From Vicinamibacteria bacterium (GTDB lineage Bacteria > Acidobacteriota > Vicinamibacteria > Fen-336), in assembly GCA_035570235.1 (NCBI GenBank), contig DATMML010000037.1:46977-110976 (forward strand): a stretch of DNA of 64,000 nt, given 5' to 3'. The position numbers and the translations under genes are program-made. Below, one piece after another: positions 1-7,815 of the stretch. Numbering within the stretch: the first letter of the stretch is position 1; each line of letters begins with the position of its first letter. The notes below the pieces were generated by a model. That model did no database searches, was not told the origin of the DNA, and worked only from the letters and a program-made list of their open reading frames with translations.

Positions 1-993
1 GCCCCCGCGGGGGCCCTCCGGGGAGCGATCGTGCGCTCCTACGGCACCGCCGCCGAGGAGGACAACGACGGGGCGGGCCCCATGTACCTCATGGGCAAGG
101 TCCTGCCCGGAGCGCCCCCGGCCCTCATCCCCGACGTGGTCATCCTGACGGAGGGGACGGGCGACTCGCGGAAGGGCGCGCTCGGCATCTACCGGGGTCA
201 ACGCGGCCGCATGCAGATAGAGGTCACGGTCACGGGGCGCTCCTGCCACGGTTCGATGCCCTGGGAGGGGCTGAACCCCTTGGAATACGGGGGGGCCATG
301 GTCGCGGAGGCGGCCCGGCGCTATGAGGCCCGCAACGGCTTCCTCGACCACCCCTTCCTCGGCCACGGCACGCGCACCGCCTCCTTCGCCACCCTCGACA
401 CCCCCAGCGATTGCGCGGTGCCCGAGCGCTTCACCTTCCGCTTCGATCGGCGTCTGACCATCGGGGAGACGCCGGAGCGGGCGATCGGGGACGTCGAGGC
501 CCTGGAGTCGGTAAAGGCCGCGCGCGCGGCGGGGCTTCGGGTAGAGGTCACGGTCCCCCGGTACGCCCAGAGGACTTGGCGGGGCTACTTGGCCGACAAC
601 CCCCAGGTCTACCTCGGCTGGCTCACCCCCGAGGAGCACCCGGTGATCCAGGCCGCTGTGGCCGCTTACCGGGGCGTGGTGACGCCCCACGTCCAGGAGC
701 CTAAGGGCGGGGCCACCGCGGGCGCGCTGCGGAAGGAGCCGCGGGTGGATCGGTGGATCTTCTCTACCGACGGCGTCGGCTTCCCCGTCCCCAAGGACGA
801 TCGCTCGATCGCGGTGCCGGAGGGGAAGCGCTGGGTGGTCTCCGGCAACACGAAGCACCCGCCCATGGTGGGTATCGGCCCCGGGCTCGAGCAGAACACC
901 CACCGTATCGGAGAGTGTGTGGACCTCCGTGAGCTGCAGCACGCCATCGCGCTCCTCGCGCGGTTCCCGAGCGCGTTCGTGACGGCCGGCTAG
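1..993 (+). CDS. M20-family metallopeptidase (YgeY/DapE/ArgE-like), C-terminal ~330 aa; 5' end outside window
   Basis: Frame 1 is open from base 1 to TAG at 991-993. M20 catalytic/dimerisation-domain-like sequence (TVTGRSCHGSMPWEGLNP). Adjacent to an SsnA-like amidohydrolase and a Mo-hydroxylase, as in selenium-metabolism YgeY contexts. Confidence 0.6.
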   Translation, partial: APAGALRGAIVRSYGTAAEEDNDGAGPMYLMGKVLPGAPPALIPDVVILTEGTGDSRKGALGIYRGQRGRMQIEVTVTGRSCHGSMPWEGLNPLEYGGAMVAEAARRYEARNGFLDHPFLGHGTRTASFATLDTPSDCAVPERFTFRFDRRLTIGETPERAIGDVEALESVKAARAAGLRVEVTVPRYAQRTWRGYLADNPQVYLGWLTPEEHPVIQAAVAAYRGVVTPHVQEPKGGATAGALRKEPRVDRWIFSTDGVGFPVPKDDRSIAVPEGKRWVVSGNTKHPPMVGIGPGLEQNTHRIGECVDLRELQHAIALLARFPSAFVTAG

Positions 994-1023
994 CCGGGCA
1001 CCCGGAGCTCGAGAATAGAGCGC

Positions 1024-2208
1024 TTGTCACCCAAAGACCCGGGAGAAGCCGCCCCGAGTCGGGCGCGCCTCGAGTCGATCGACCTCGTCCGGGGCGTGAT
1101 CATGATCATCATGGCCCTCGATCACACCCGGGACTTCTTCGGCAGGCCCGGCCAGAATCCCACGGATCTGGCCACCGCGACCACCGCCTTGTTTCTCGCC
1201 CGTTGGATCACCCATTTCTGCGCACCGGTGTTCTTCCTGCTCACGGGCACGGGCGCGTATCTCTCGCTTCGACGTCGGTCTCCGGGCGAGCTGTCCCGGT
1301 TCCTCCTCACTCGAGGGCTGTGGTTGCTCCTGCTGGAAATCGTAGTCCTTCGGTGTTTCGCCTATCAGTTCAACGTCGACTATCGGGTGACGATGCTGGT
1401 CGTCCTGTGGGCACTTGGCTGGGCCATGATCACCCTCTCCGCGCTCGTGCACCTGCCCCCGTCCGTCATCACCGCGCTCGGCGTCCTCATGATCGCGAGT
1501 CACAACCTCCTCGACTCGGTGCGCTCGGCGAGCCCGCTCTGGAGGATCCTGCATTCACCGGGTTTTGTTCTCAACAACCCAGACCGCGTCGTGTTCGTCG
1601 CTTATCCGCTGATTCCCTGGGTCGGCGTTACTGCCGTGGGATATGGAATCGGACAGATCTACGGCTGGAGCGCCGATCGCCGACGGAGGTTCCTCCTGCG
1701 ACTCGGGTTGGCGCTGAGTCTGGCTTTTCTCGCTGTTCGCGGCTTCAATGTCTACGGCGACCCGGCGCCCTGGACGGCCCAGAACAGCGCGACCCGCACC
1801 GTGCTTTCGTTCCTGAACACCACCAAATACCCGCCCTCGCTGCTATTCCTGCTCATGACGCTCGGTCCGACGATGATCTTCCTGTGGTCCGTGGACCATG
1901 GCTCGCCGCGACTCCTTCGGCCCGCGCTCATCATCGGCAGAGTGCCGTTGTTCTATTTCATCCTTCACTTTTCCCTCATCCACGCCCTCGCCGTCGCTGT
2001 CTGCATCGTACGGTACGGATCAGGCCATTGGATGTTCGAGTCGCCCGACCTTGCGAACTATCCCTTCACCGCACCGCCGGACTGGGGATACTCGCTGCCG
2101 CTCGTCTGTCTGGTGTGGGTGTTTGTAGTGGTGGCAATGTTCCCCCTCTGCAGGTGGTACGCGGAGTTGAAGCAGGGGCGGCGCGAGGCTTGGCTCAGCT
2201 ACCTCTAA
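1024..2208 (+). CDS. DUF1624/HGSNAT-like acyltransferase-family polytopic membrane protein
   Basis: 394-aa ORF with a TTG start. N-terminal SIDLVRGVIMIIMALDH motif is typical of DUF1624. About 10 hydrophobic helices. Confidence 0.6.
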   Translation: MSPKDPGEAAPSRARLESIDLVRGVIMIIMALDHTRDFFGRPGQNPTDLATATTALFLARWITHFCAPVFFLLTGTGAYLSLRRRSPGELSRFLLTRGLWLLLLEIVVLRCFAYQFNVDYRVTMLVVLWALGWAMITLSALVHLPPSVITALGVLMIASHNLLDSVRSASPLWRILHSPGFVLNNPDRVVFVAYPLIPWVGVTAVGYGIGQIYGWSADRRRRFLLRLGLALSLAFLAVRGFNVYGDPAPWTAQNSATRTVLSFLNTTKYPPSLLFLLMTLGPTMIFLWSVDHGSPRLLRPALIIGRVPLFYFILHFSLIHALAVAVCIVRYGSGHWMFESPDLANYPFTAPPDWGYSLPLVCLVWVFVVVAMFPLCRWYAELKQGRREAWLSYL

Positions 2209-2264
2209 CGCACCGTAGTCTCCTCTGGAGCTCGTCTGCGAATCAGAAGTTCTTCCGCACTCTC

Positions 2265-3554
2265 TTAGAGCCGCTCGATCCGGCCCCATAGCGCCTCCGC
2301 CGCGGCCCGGGCGCGGGCAAACACGGCGTCCGCGTCCACGGTCACCAGCCGGCGGTCCCGCACCACCCAACGGCCGCGGACCAGGACCGACCGGAGGTGG
2401 CTGCGGTCCAGGCCGAAGAGGAGGTGACCGCCCAGGTTCTCGGCCCGGAAGGGGGTCGGAGACGGGTAGTCGAAGACGCCGAGGTCGGCGGGGCCGCCCC
2501 TGTCCAGGGAGCCGAAGGGCAGGCCGAAGAGGGCGGCGGCGAGCCGCTGCCCGCCGGCCAGGAGGCGGAGGGTCGCTCCGACCGCGTCCTTTCGCCCCGC
2601 GTCCTTCATCTTGAGATAGGCGGCCCGTGCTTCCGCGAGCATGTCCCCGCCCATCCCGTCCGTGCCCAGGGCGGCCTGCTTGAAGGCGTCGGTGGGAGCG
2701 TGCCCCACGGTGTTGTTCATGTTGGACCGCGGATTGTGGGCGATCCAGGCCCCGCGCGCCTGGGCCTCCTCGATCTCGTCGGGGCGGAGGTGGACGCCAT
2801 GGGCCAGCAGGGTGCGGGGAAGCAGCAGCCCGTGCCGGTCGAATCGCTCCACGAGGCCACCCGCGTAGCGCTGCCGACAGTCGTCCACGTCCGCCTGGTC
2901 CTCCGCCATGTGGACATGGAGGCTCGCTCCCGTTTCCCGCACCGCCGCGGCCAGGCGGGCCAGCGTCTCCTCGTTCAAGGTAAAGCTGGCATGAGCCCCC
3001 ACCATGCCCCGGCTGAGGGCGGTCGGGGGATCGGCCAGGAAGGCCAGGTTCTCCTCGATCCCGCGGTCGCGCCCCTCCCCCCCGTTGCGGTCCGTGGTCT
3101 CGTAGCAAAGCACGGATCTGAGGCCGACCTCCTCCACCGCTCGCCGGAGAACGAAGAGAGATCCCCGGATGAAGCTGGGGGAGGCGTGGTGGTCCACGAG
3201 GAGGGTCGTCCCCGAGAGGGCGGCCTCGATCGCCCCCACGAGCCCCGAGAGGTAGATCGACTCCTCGTCCAGGGCACGGTCCAGGCGCCACCAGACCCGC
3301 TCGAGGATCTCCACGAAGCTGCGGGGCGCGCGGGCGGGCCCGGGCATGCCCCGGGCGAGAGCGCTGTAGAGGTGGGTGTGGGCGTCGACCAGCCCGGGAA
3401 GGACGAGGGCCCCGGCCAGGTCCAGTACCTCCTCGCCCGGCCGGGGGGATATGGCCAGGCTCCGCTCCCCGATCGTCTCGCCCTCGATCCTGAGGTCCCC
3501 CCGCTCGACTCCCGGAGGATCGAGAGCGACGAGGGCGGCATTCTTGAGCAGCAT
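2265..3554 (-). CDS. amidohydrolase-superfamily chlorohydrolase/deaminase (SsnA-like)
   Basis: 429 aa. HxH metal motif (LVDAHTHLYS), a later HVHMAED motif and TIM-barrel amidohydrolase organisation. In an operon with two PLP enzymes. Confidence 0.7.
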   Translation of the reverse strand: MLLKNAALVALDPPGVERGDLRIEGETIGERSLAISPRPGEEVLDLAGALVLPGLVDAHTHLYSALARGMPGPARAPRSFVEILERVWWRLDRALDEESIYLSGLVGAIEAALSGTTLLVDHHASPSFIRGSLFVLRRAVEEVGLRSVLCYETTDRNGGEGRDRGIEENLAFLADPPTALSRGMVGAHASFTLNEETLARLAAAVRETGASLHVHMAEDQADVDDCRQRYAGGLVERFDRHGLLLPRTLLAHGVHLRPDEIEEAQARGAWIAHNPRSNMNNTVGHAPTDAFKQAALGTDGMGGDMLAEARAAYLKMKDAGRKDAVGATLRLLAGGQRLAAALFGLPFGSLDRGGPADLGVFDYPSPTPFRAENLGGHLLFGLDRSHLRSVLVRGRWVVRDRRLVTVDADAVFARARAAAEALWGRIERL

Positions 3555-3565
3555 GGACGGTCGGC

Positions 3566-4813
3566 TCAGGAGAGCGGCCGGCCCTTAAGATAGGCGGCCA
3601 GCTCCCCATCGTCCGGGCGCAGGCTCACGGGCGGGCCGGCGGCGCGCAGGGCGCTCTTCACGTCCTTGAGGCCGCTGCCGGTCAGGACGACGAGTGCGGC
3701 CTCCCGCCGACCCACGATCTTCTCCGCCACCGCGCGCCGCAGCCCGGCCAGGCCCGCGACGCCCGCGGGCTCGCCAAAGAGGCCGGCCAGGCCGCCCGCC
3801 TTCCGCATGGCCTCCAGGATGGCGTCGTCGGGGACGGCGACGAAGGCACCTCCCGAATCGCGGACGGCCTTGAGCGCCTTGCGCCAGTTGCGGGGATGGC
3901 CCACGCAGATGCTGTCGGCCAGGGTCTCCGCGGGGCCGGGGAGGAGGTCCCGGCCCTCTCGGAAAGCGTCCACCAAGGGTCGCGCACCCTCCGCCTGGAC
4001 GCCGAGCATGCGGGGCAGTCGGGGGATGAAGCCGAGGGCGTGCATCTCCACCAGGCCCTTCCAGGTCCCGGCCAGCGTGCAGCCATCCCCCACCGCCACC
4101 GCCACCCAGGCCGGCACCTCGCGACCGCACTGCTCTGCGATCTCCAGGCCGCAGGTCTTCTTCCCCTCCACCAGGGAGGGGTTCACGGCTGCGTTCCGGT
4201 TGTACCAGCCGTACCGGTCGCAGGCCCGCTGGCAGAGCTCCCATGTCTGGTCGTAGGTCCCTTTCACGCGGATGACCCGGGCTCCGAAGATCAGGAGCTG
4301 GGCCAGCTTGGGCTCGGGGGCGAAGTCAGGCACGAAGATGACGCAGGGCAGGCCCACGCTGGCCGCCGCCCCCGCGAGCGAGGAGGCGGCGTTGCCGGTG
4401 GAGGCGCACGCCACCACGCGGGCCCGCCGGGCCAGGGCCCGGGCCACCCCCACCACACTCGCCCGGTCCTTGAACGAGCCCGTGGGGTTCCGCCCCTCGT
4501 CCTTTACCAAGAGGGAGCGGACCCCCGCCCAGGCGGCCAGGCGCGGCTCGTCCAGGATGGGAGTCCACCCCGGGGAGAGGGGCGGGAGGCGGGCGCGGGT
4601 GGGGACGGGGAGCAGCTCGCGGTAGCGCCAGAGGCTCCGCGGCCGCGACGCGAGCCTGCGCGGGTTCAGGGTGCGGCGCGCCCGCGCGAGGTCGAAGCCG
4701 ATGTCCAGCACTCCCTCCGGACCGCAGGCCGGGCAGGGGCCGTCCAGGCCGCGGCGGTAGCGTCGCCCGCAGCGCAGGCAGGTGAGGTCGGTGACGTAGG
4801 GCAGCCCCGTCAC
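3566..4813 (-). CDS. threonine-synthase-family PLP enzyme with N-terminal Cx2C...Cx2C zinc ribbon
   Basis: Reading frame lies inside the long 3566..6217 ORF. SFKDR PLP-lysine motif and ThrC-like fold II sequence throughout. GTG start overlaps the upstream stop (GTGA). Confidence 0.65.
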   Translation of the reverse strand: MTGLPYVTDLTCLRCGRRYRRGLDGPCPACGPEGVLDIGFDLARARRTLNPRRLASRPRSLWRYRELLPVPTRARLPPLSPGWTPILDEPRLAAWAGVRSLLVKDEGRNPTGSFKDRASVVGVARALARRARVVACASTGNAASSLAGAAASVGLPCVIFVPDFAPEPKLAQLLIFGARVIRVKGTYDQTWELCQRACDRYGWYNRNAAVNPSLVEGKKTCGLEIAEQCGREVPAWVAVAVGDGCTLAGTWKGLVEMHALGFIPRLPRMLGVQAEGARPLVDAFREGRDLLPGPAETLADSICVGHPRNWRKALKAVRDSGGAFVAVPDDAILEAMRKAGGLAGLFGEPAGVAGLAGLRRAVAEKIVGRREAALVVLTGSGLKDVKSALRAAGPPVSLRPDDGELAAYLKGRPLS

Positions 4814-6147
4814 TCTCGGCGCTCGCGGATGCGGCGGTCGATCTCCCCCGTCCGCTCCTGATGCTCGACCCAGAAGGCGGGGTCCTCTAGGGCGCGCAGC
4901 TCGGCCGGGGTCTTTCCCTGTTGCTCGACCCAGGTGAAGTACTTCTGGTTGTGCCAGCGGCGGCGGACCGCGGCCGTGCCCTCCAGGAGCCAGCCCTCCT
5001 TGGGGGCGCGGAAGATCGCGAGCCGGCGACGCGCCTTCTCCGCGTCCATGGGGCCCTGCTCGTGGTCCAGCCTCCGCAGCACGGAAGGGTAGCGATCGAA
5101 CCCGTCGGTGGCCACCGTGACCACCGCCTGCTTGGAGGTGAAGCCGTAGTGACGGGCGGCGCGGATGGATGCGAGTACGTTGCAGATCCCGCTGATTCCG
5201 AAGAAGTCCACGAGGCCCCGCGCGCTTCCGCCATCGATCCCCTCCGATTCCAGCGTCGCCGTCCCCTCCTGGAGGAGCTGCAGGCCTTCCAGGCACTCTT
5301 GGTCGTCGACGCAGACCAGGAGGTCGGTGGCCCACACGTTGTGGATCCAGGTCACGTGCTTGTCGCCGATCCCCTCGATCCGGTGGGAACCGAAGCCCAC
5401 GTTGAAGAGGGTCGGGCACTGCACCGGCTCCACTGCCACCGTGACCGCGGCGGGGTAGCTCCTCTTGATGCCCTCCCCCGCCGCGATCGTTCCCGCCGAG
5501 CCGGGGGCGGAGACGAAGGCGGCGATCCCGAGGCCCTGCCCCTCGGTCACCTCCCGGGCCGCGGCCGCGGTGCAGTGGTAGTGGAAGCGGTAGTTCCCGA
5601 ATTCCTCGAACTGGTTCAGGATCCGGTTGGCGGGCACCGCCCCGAGCGAGCGCACCCGGTCGTAGATCTCCTTGACGTTGGACTCCGAGCCGGGGGTGGC
5701 CACGACCTCCGCGCCGTAGCCGCGGATCTTCTCGAACCGCTCCGCGCTCATCTCCTCCGGCAGGACCACCAGGGAGCGGTAGCCCATGCGGGGCCCCACC
5801 CAGGCCCCCCCGATCCCGAAGTTCCCGGTGGAGGGGAAGACCAGGGTGTGGGGGCCGGGGGCGCAGACCCCTTCGAGCTGCTTCTCGACCAGGATCGAGT
5901 AGGCGGCCCCGACCTTGTGGGAGCCGGTGGGAAAGCGGCGACCGGAGAGGACCACGATGGGAGCGGGGACGCCGGTCAGGGCCTCGGGCAGGACCGCGAA
6001 GGGCACCGCCCCCTCCGCCCGCCAAGAGAGGTTCCAGAGGTTCGCCGGATCCAGGGGTCGCGCCCGGGCCGCGCGCGCTCTTTCCCGTACCGCGGGGGGG
6101 AGGAGGGAAGGGTCTCGCATCTCGGCGAACGTGGGACCGTAGAGCAT
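4810..6147 (-). CDS. fold-type-II PLP-dependent enzyme (TrpB/cysteine-synthase-like)
   Basis: TGSHK lysine motif and a glycine-rich PLP phosphate loop. Start is ambiguous: ATG at 6147 or TTG at 6183. Confidence 0.6.
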   Translation of the reverse strand: MLYGPTFAEMRDPSLLPPAVRERARAARARPLDPANLWNLSWRAEGAVPFAVLPEALTGVPAPIVVLSGRRFPTGSHKVGAAYSILVEKQLEGVCAPGPHTLVFPSTGNFGIGGAWVGPRMGYRSLVVLPEEMSAERFEKIRGYGAEVVATPGSESNVKEIYDRVRSLGAVPANRILNQFEEFGNYRFHYHCTAAAAREVTEGQGLGIAAFVSAPGSAGTIAAGEGIKRSYPAAVTVAVEPVQCPTLFNVGFGSHRIEGIGDKHVTWIHNVWATDLLVCVDDQECLEGLQLLQEGTATLESEGIDGGSARGLVDFFGISGICNVLASIRAARHYGFTSKQAVVTVATDGFDRYPSVLRRLDHEQGPMDAEKARRRLAIFRAPKEGWLLEGTAAVRRRWHNQKYFTWVEQQGKTPAELRALEDPAFWVEHQERTGEIDRRIRERRE

Positions 6148-6658
6148 GGGGGCCCAAAAGCATGGACGAGGCGCTCCCCACAATCAAGCCGCAGCCCGGG
6201 AAGTGGGTCCGTCTCAAACTGACCCACGACCCGAATGACCCGGGACAACCGGCACCCCCCCGGAAGCCCGGGCGGTTTATTCCGCTCTCGTTTTGGCCTG
6301 TCCTGAGTTACTGGCCTGCACTCTTGAGCCGGAGCCGCCGAACTCGGAAAGGCGAATCTGGAGGCCCGAGCGCGAAATAAAAGACCGGGTGATACGTAAA
6401 TCGACTCGGCAATGAAGTTCTCTTCCTAAGGCCGGCCGCTGCGCCAGCGCCCCCACGAACACCCATTGGGTGCTGGAGAATCTGGCTGCGGGGGCCGAAG
6501 GGTCGGGGCTTCGCGGACCGGCTCGACAACCTCCCCTTCAGGGCGGCTGGCGGTGCAGCGCTCGAGTCCCAAAGTGATTCGGGTCACACACTTCCGATGG
6601 AGCGGAAGTACTCTGATGGACGGAATTGAGCAATAACCTTTTTTGCTCGGGAGATTTC

Positions 6659-7450
6659 ATGAAGAACGGACGAGGAGTTTGTTTCTTGGGCCTGGTGACC
6701 CTCACCAGCTTGGCCCTGGTCTCGTGTGGAGGCGACAGCCCCCTGGCTCCCTCGGGTACGGCCATAATCGAGGGAACCGTCAACGCGGGGGCCGCTGTCG
6801 CCGCAATGTCGACGCACACCAGTTCCGCTGGTCGAGCGGCCGCCACAATCCAGGTGGCGGTCGTAGGGATTAACATTTCCACGATCGCGGATTCCTCCGG
6901 CCATTTCGTATTGACCGGTGTGCCCACGGGCCCGGTGACCCTCCGCTTCCAGGGCCCGGGCATCGACGCGAATCTCGGAATCTCCAGCTTGGCGGCTGGG
7001 CAGACTCTCACGATCGCGGTCCAGGCCTCGGGCAACACGGCGACGCTTTTGTCCTCGCCTTCTGCTTCACCCACCTCGTCGCCGTCGCCTTCACTCTCCC
7101 CGTCGCCCTCGCCTTCCCCCAAGGCGCAGAAGTGCTTCGACGTAGGTGAGAAGGCGGAGGTCGAGGGGATTATCACCTCGAAGTCCGGCGGCGGCGCGGG
7201 TAGCAGTGTCGGTGGGGGCACAGCGCAGGCCGTCACGCTCGGCAGCATCACCGTTTTTCAACAGGGCGCGGTGAAGGGTGACTACGTGTGTCAAGTGAGT
7301 GACACAACACGGATCCGGCACGGGAACACGGCCATGACCTTCGCCCAGCTCGAAGTAGGCAACCGTGTGCACGTGGCGGGCTCGGGCCTCGGGTCACCCA
7401 ACGGTATGTGCAAGGTGATGGCGGACGAAGTCATGGTGCAGCAGCCCTAG
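6659..7450 (+). CDS. lipoprotein with carboxypeptidase-regulatory-like beta-sandwich, Ser/Pro-repeat linker and DUF5666-like C-terminal domain
   Basis: Signal peptide plus lipobox (LVSC). SGHFVLTGVPTGPVTLRF motif. SPSPSLSPSPSPSP linker. Sits in a low-GC region and is followed by a terminator. Confidence 0.6.
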   Translation: MKNGRGVCFLGLVTLTSLALVSCGGDSPLAPSGTAIIEGTVNAGAAVAAMSTHTSSAGRAAATIQVAVVGINISTIADSSGHFVLTGVPTGPVTLRFQGPGIDANLGISSLAAGQTLTIAVQASGNTATLLSSPSASPTSSPSPSLSPSPSPSPKAQKCFDVGEKAEVEGIITSKSGGGAGSSVGGGTAQAVTLGSITVFQQGAVKGDYVCQVSDTTRIRHGNTAMTFAQLEVGNRVHVAGSGLGSPNGMCKVMADEVMVQQP

Positions 7451-7473
7451 TCGGGCCGAAGGTTTTCGAGGCT

Positions 7474-7501
7474 CAGGGGAGCTTCCCCTGGGCCTCCTTT
7501 T
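7474..7501 (+). terminator. intrinsic terminator downstream of lipoprotein gene
   Basis: Hairpin caggggAgcuUccccug (7-bp GC stem) followed by ggccuccuuuu. Confidence 0.5.
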
Positions 7502-7815
7502 GTCTCCTGCTCTCGCACTGCGGTTAGATCGTAGAATCTCGCTGCCGGGGACGTTTGCTGGCCGTCAAATCGGCGCTCCCGCACTCTTGCTCTTACCGCC
7601 TCGGGGGGCTGCGCGGTACCTTGTGGCACGAGTACCCCAAGCCACAGCTTTGCTTCGATGCTTCACGCCGGCGCCCGCCGACGCACGAGAGGCCACCACC
7701 GAAGCACTTGGAGGGGATTCGGATTAAGCAAGGTCGGGCAACCAATCGGAACTGAGCCGCCACCGCAGCCCCGGGGTTATGATAAGCGTGGAGCGCGCGC
7801 CGCGCGGAGAGCCAG

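Noticed and set aside
2020-3609. Very long ORFs in alternative frames, Arg/Pro/Gly-rich: 2020..3609 (529 aa), 12509..15085 (858 aa), 15396..18122 (908 aa), 61658..63928 (756 aa), 3566..6217 upstream part, and dozens of 60-400-aa overlapping ORFs
   Set aside because: These are typical stop-codon-poor shadow frames of roughly 70% GC DNA. Their composition is low-complexity R/P/G/A-rich, they overlap genes with clear homology-like motifs, and only their terminal parts correspond to real genes.
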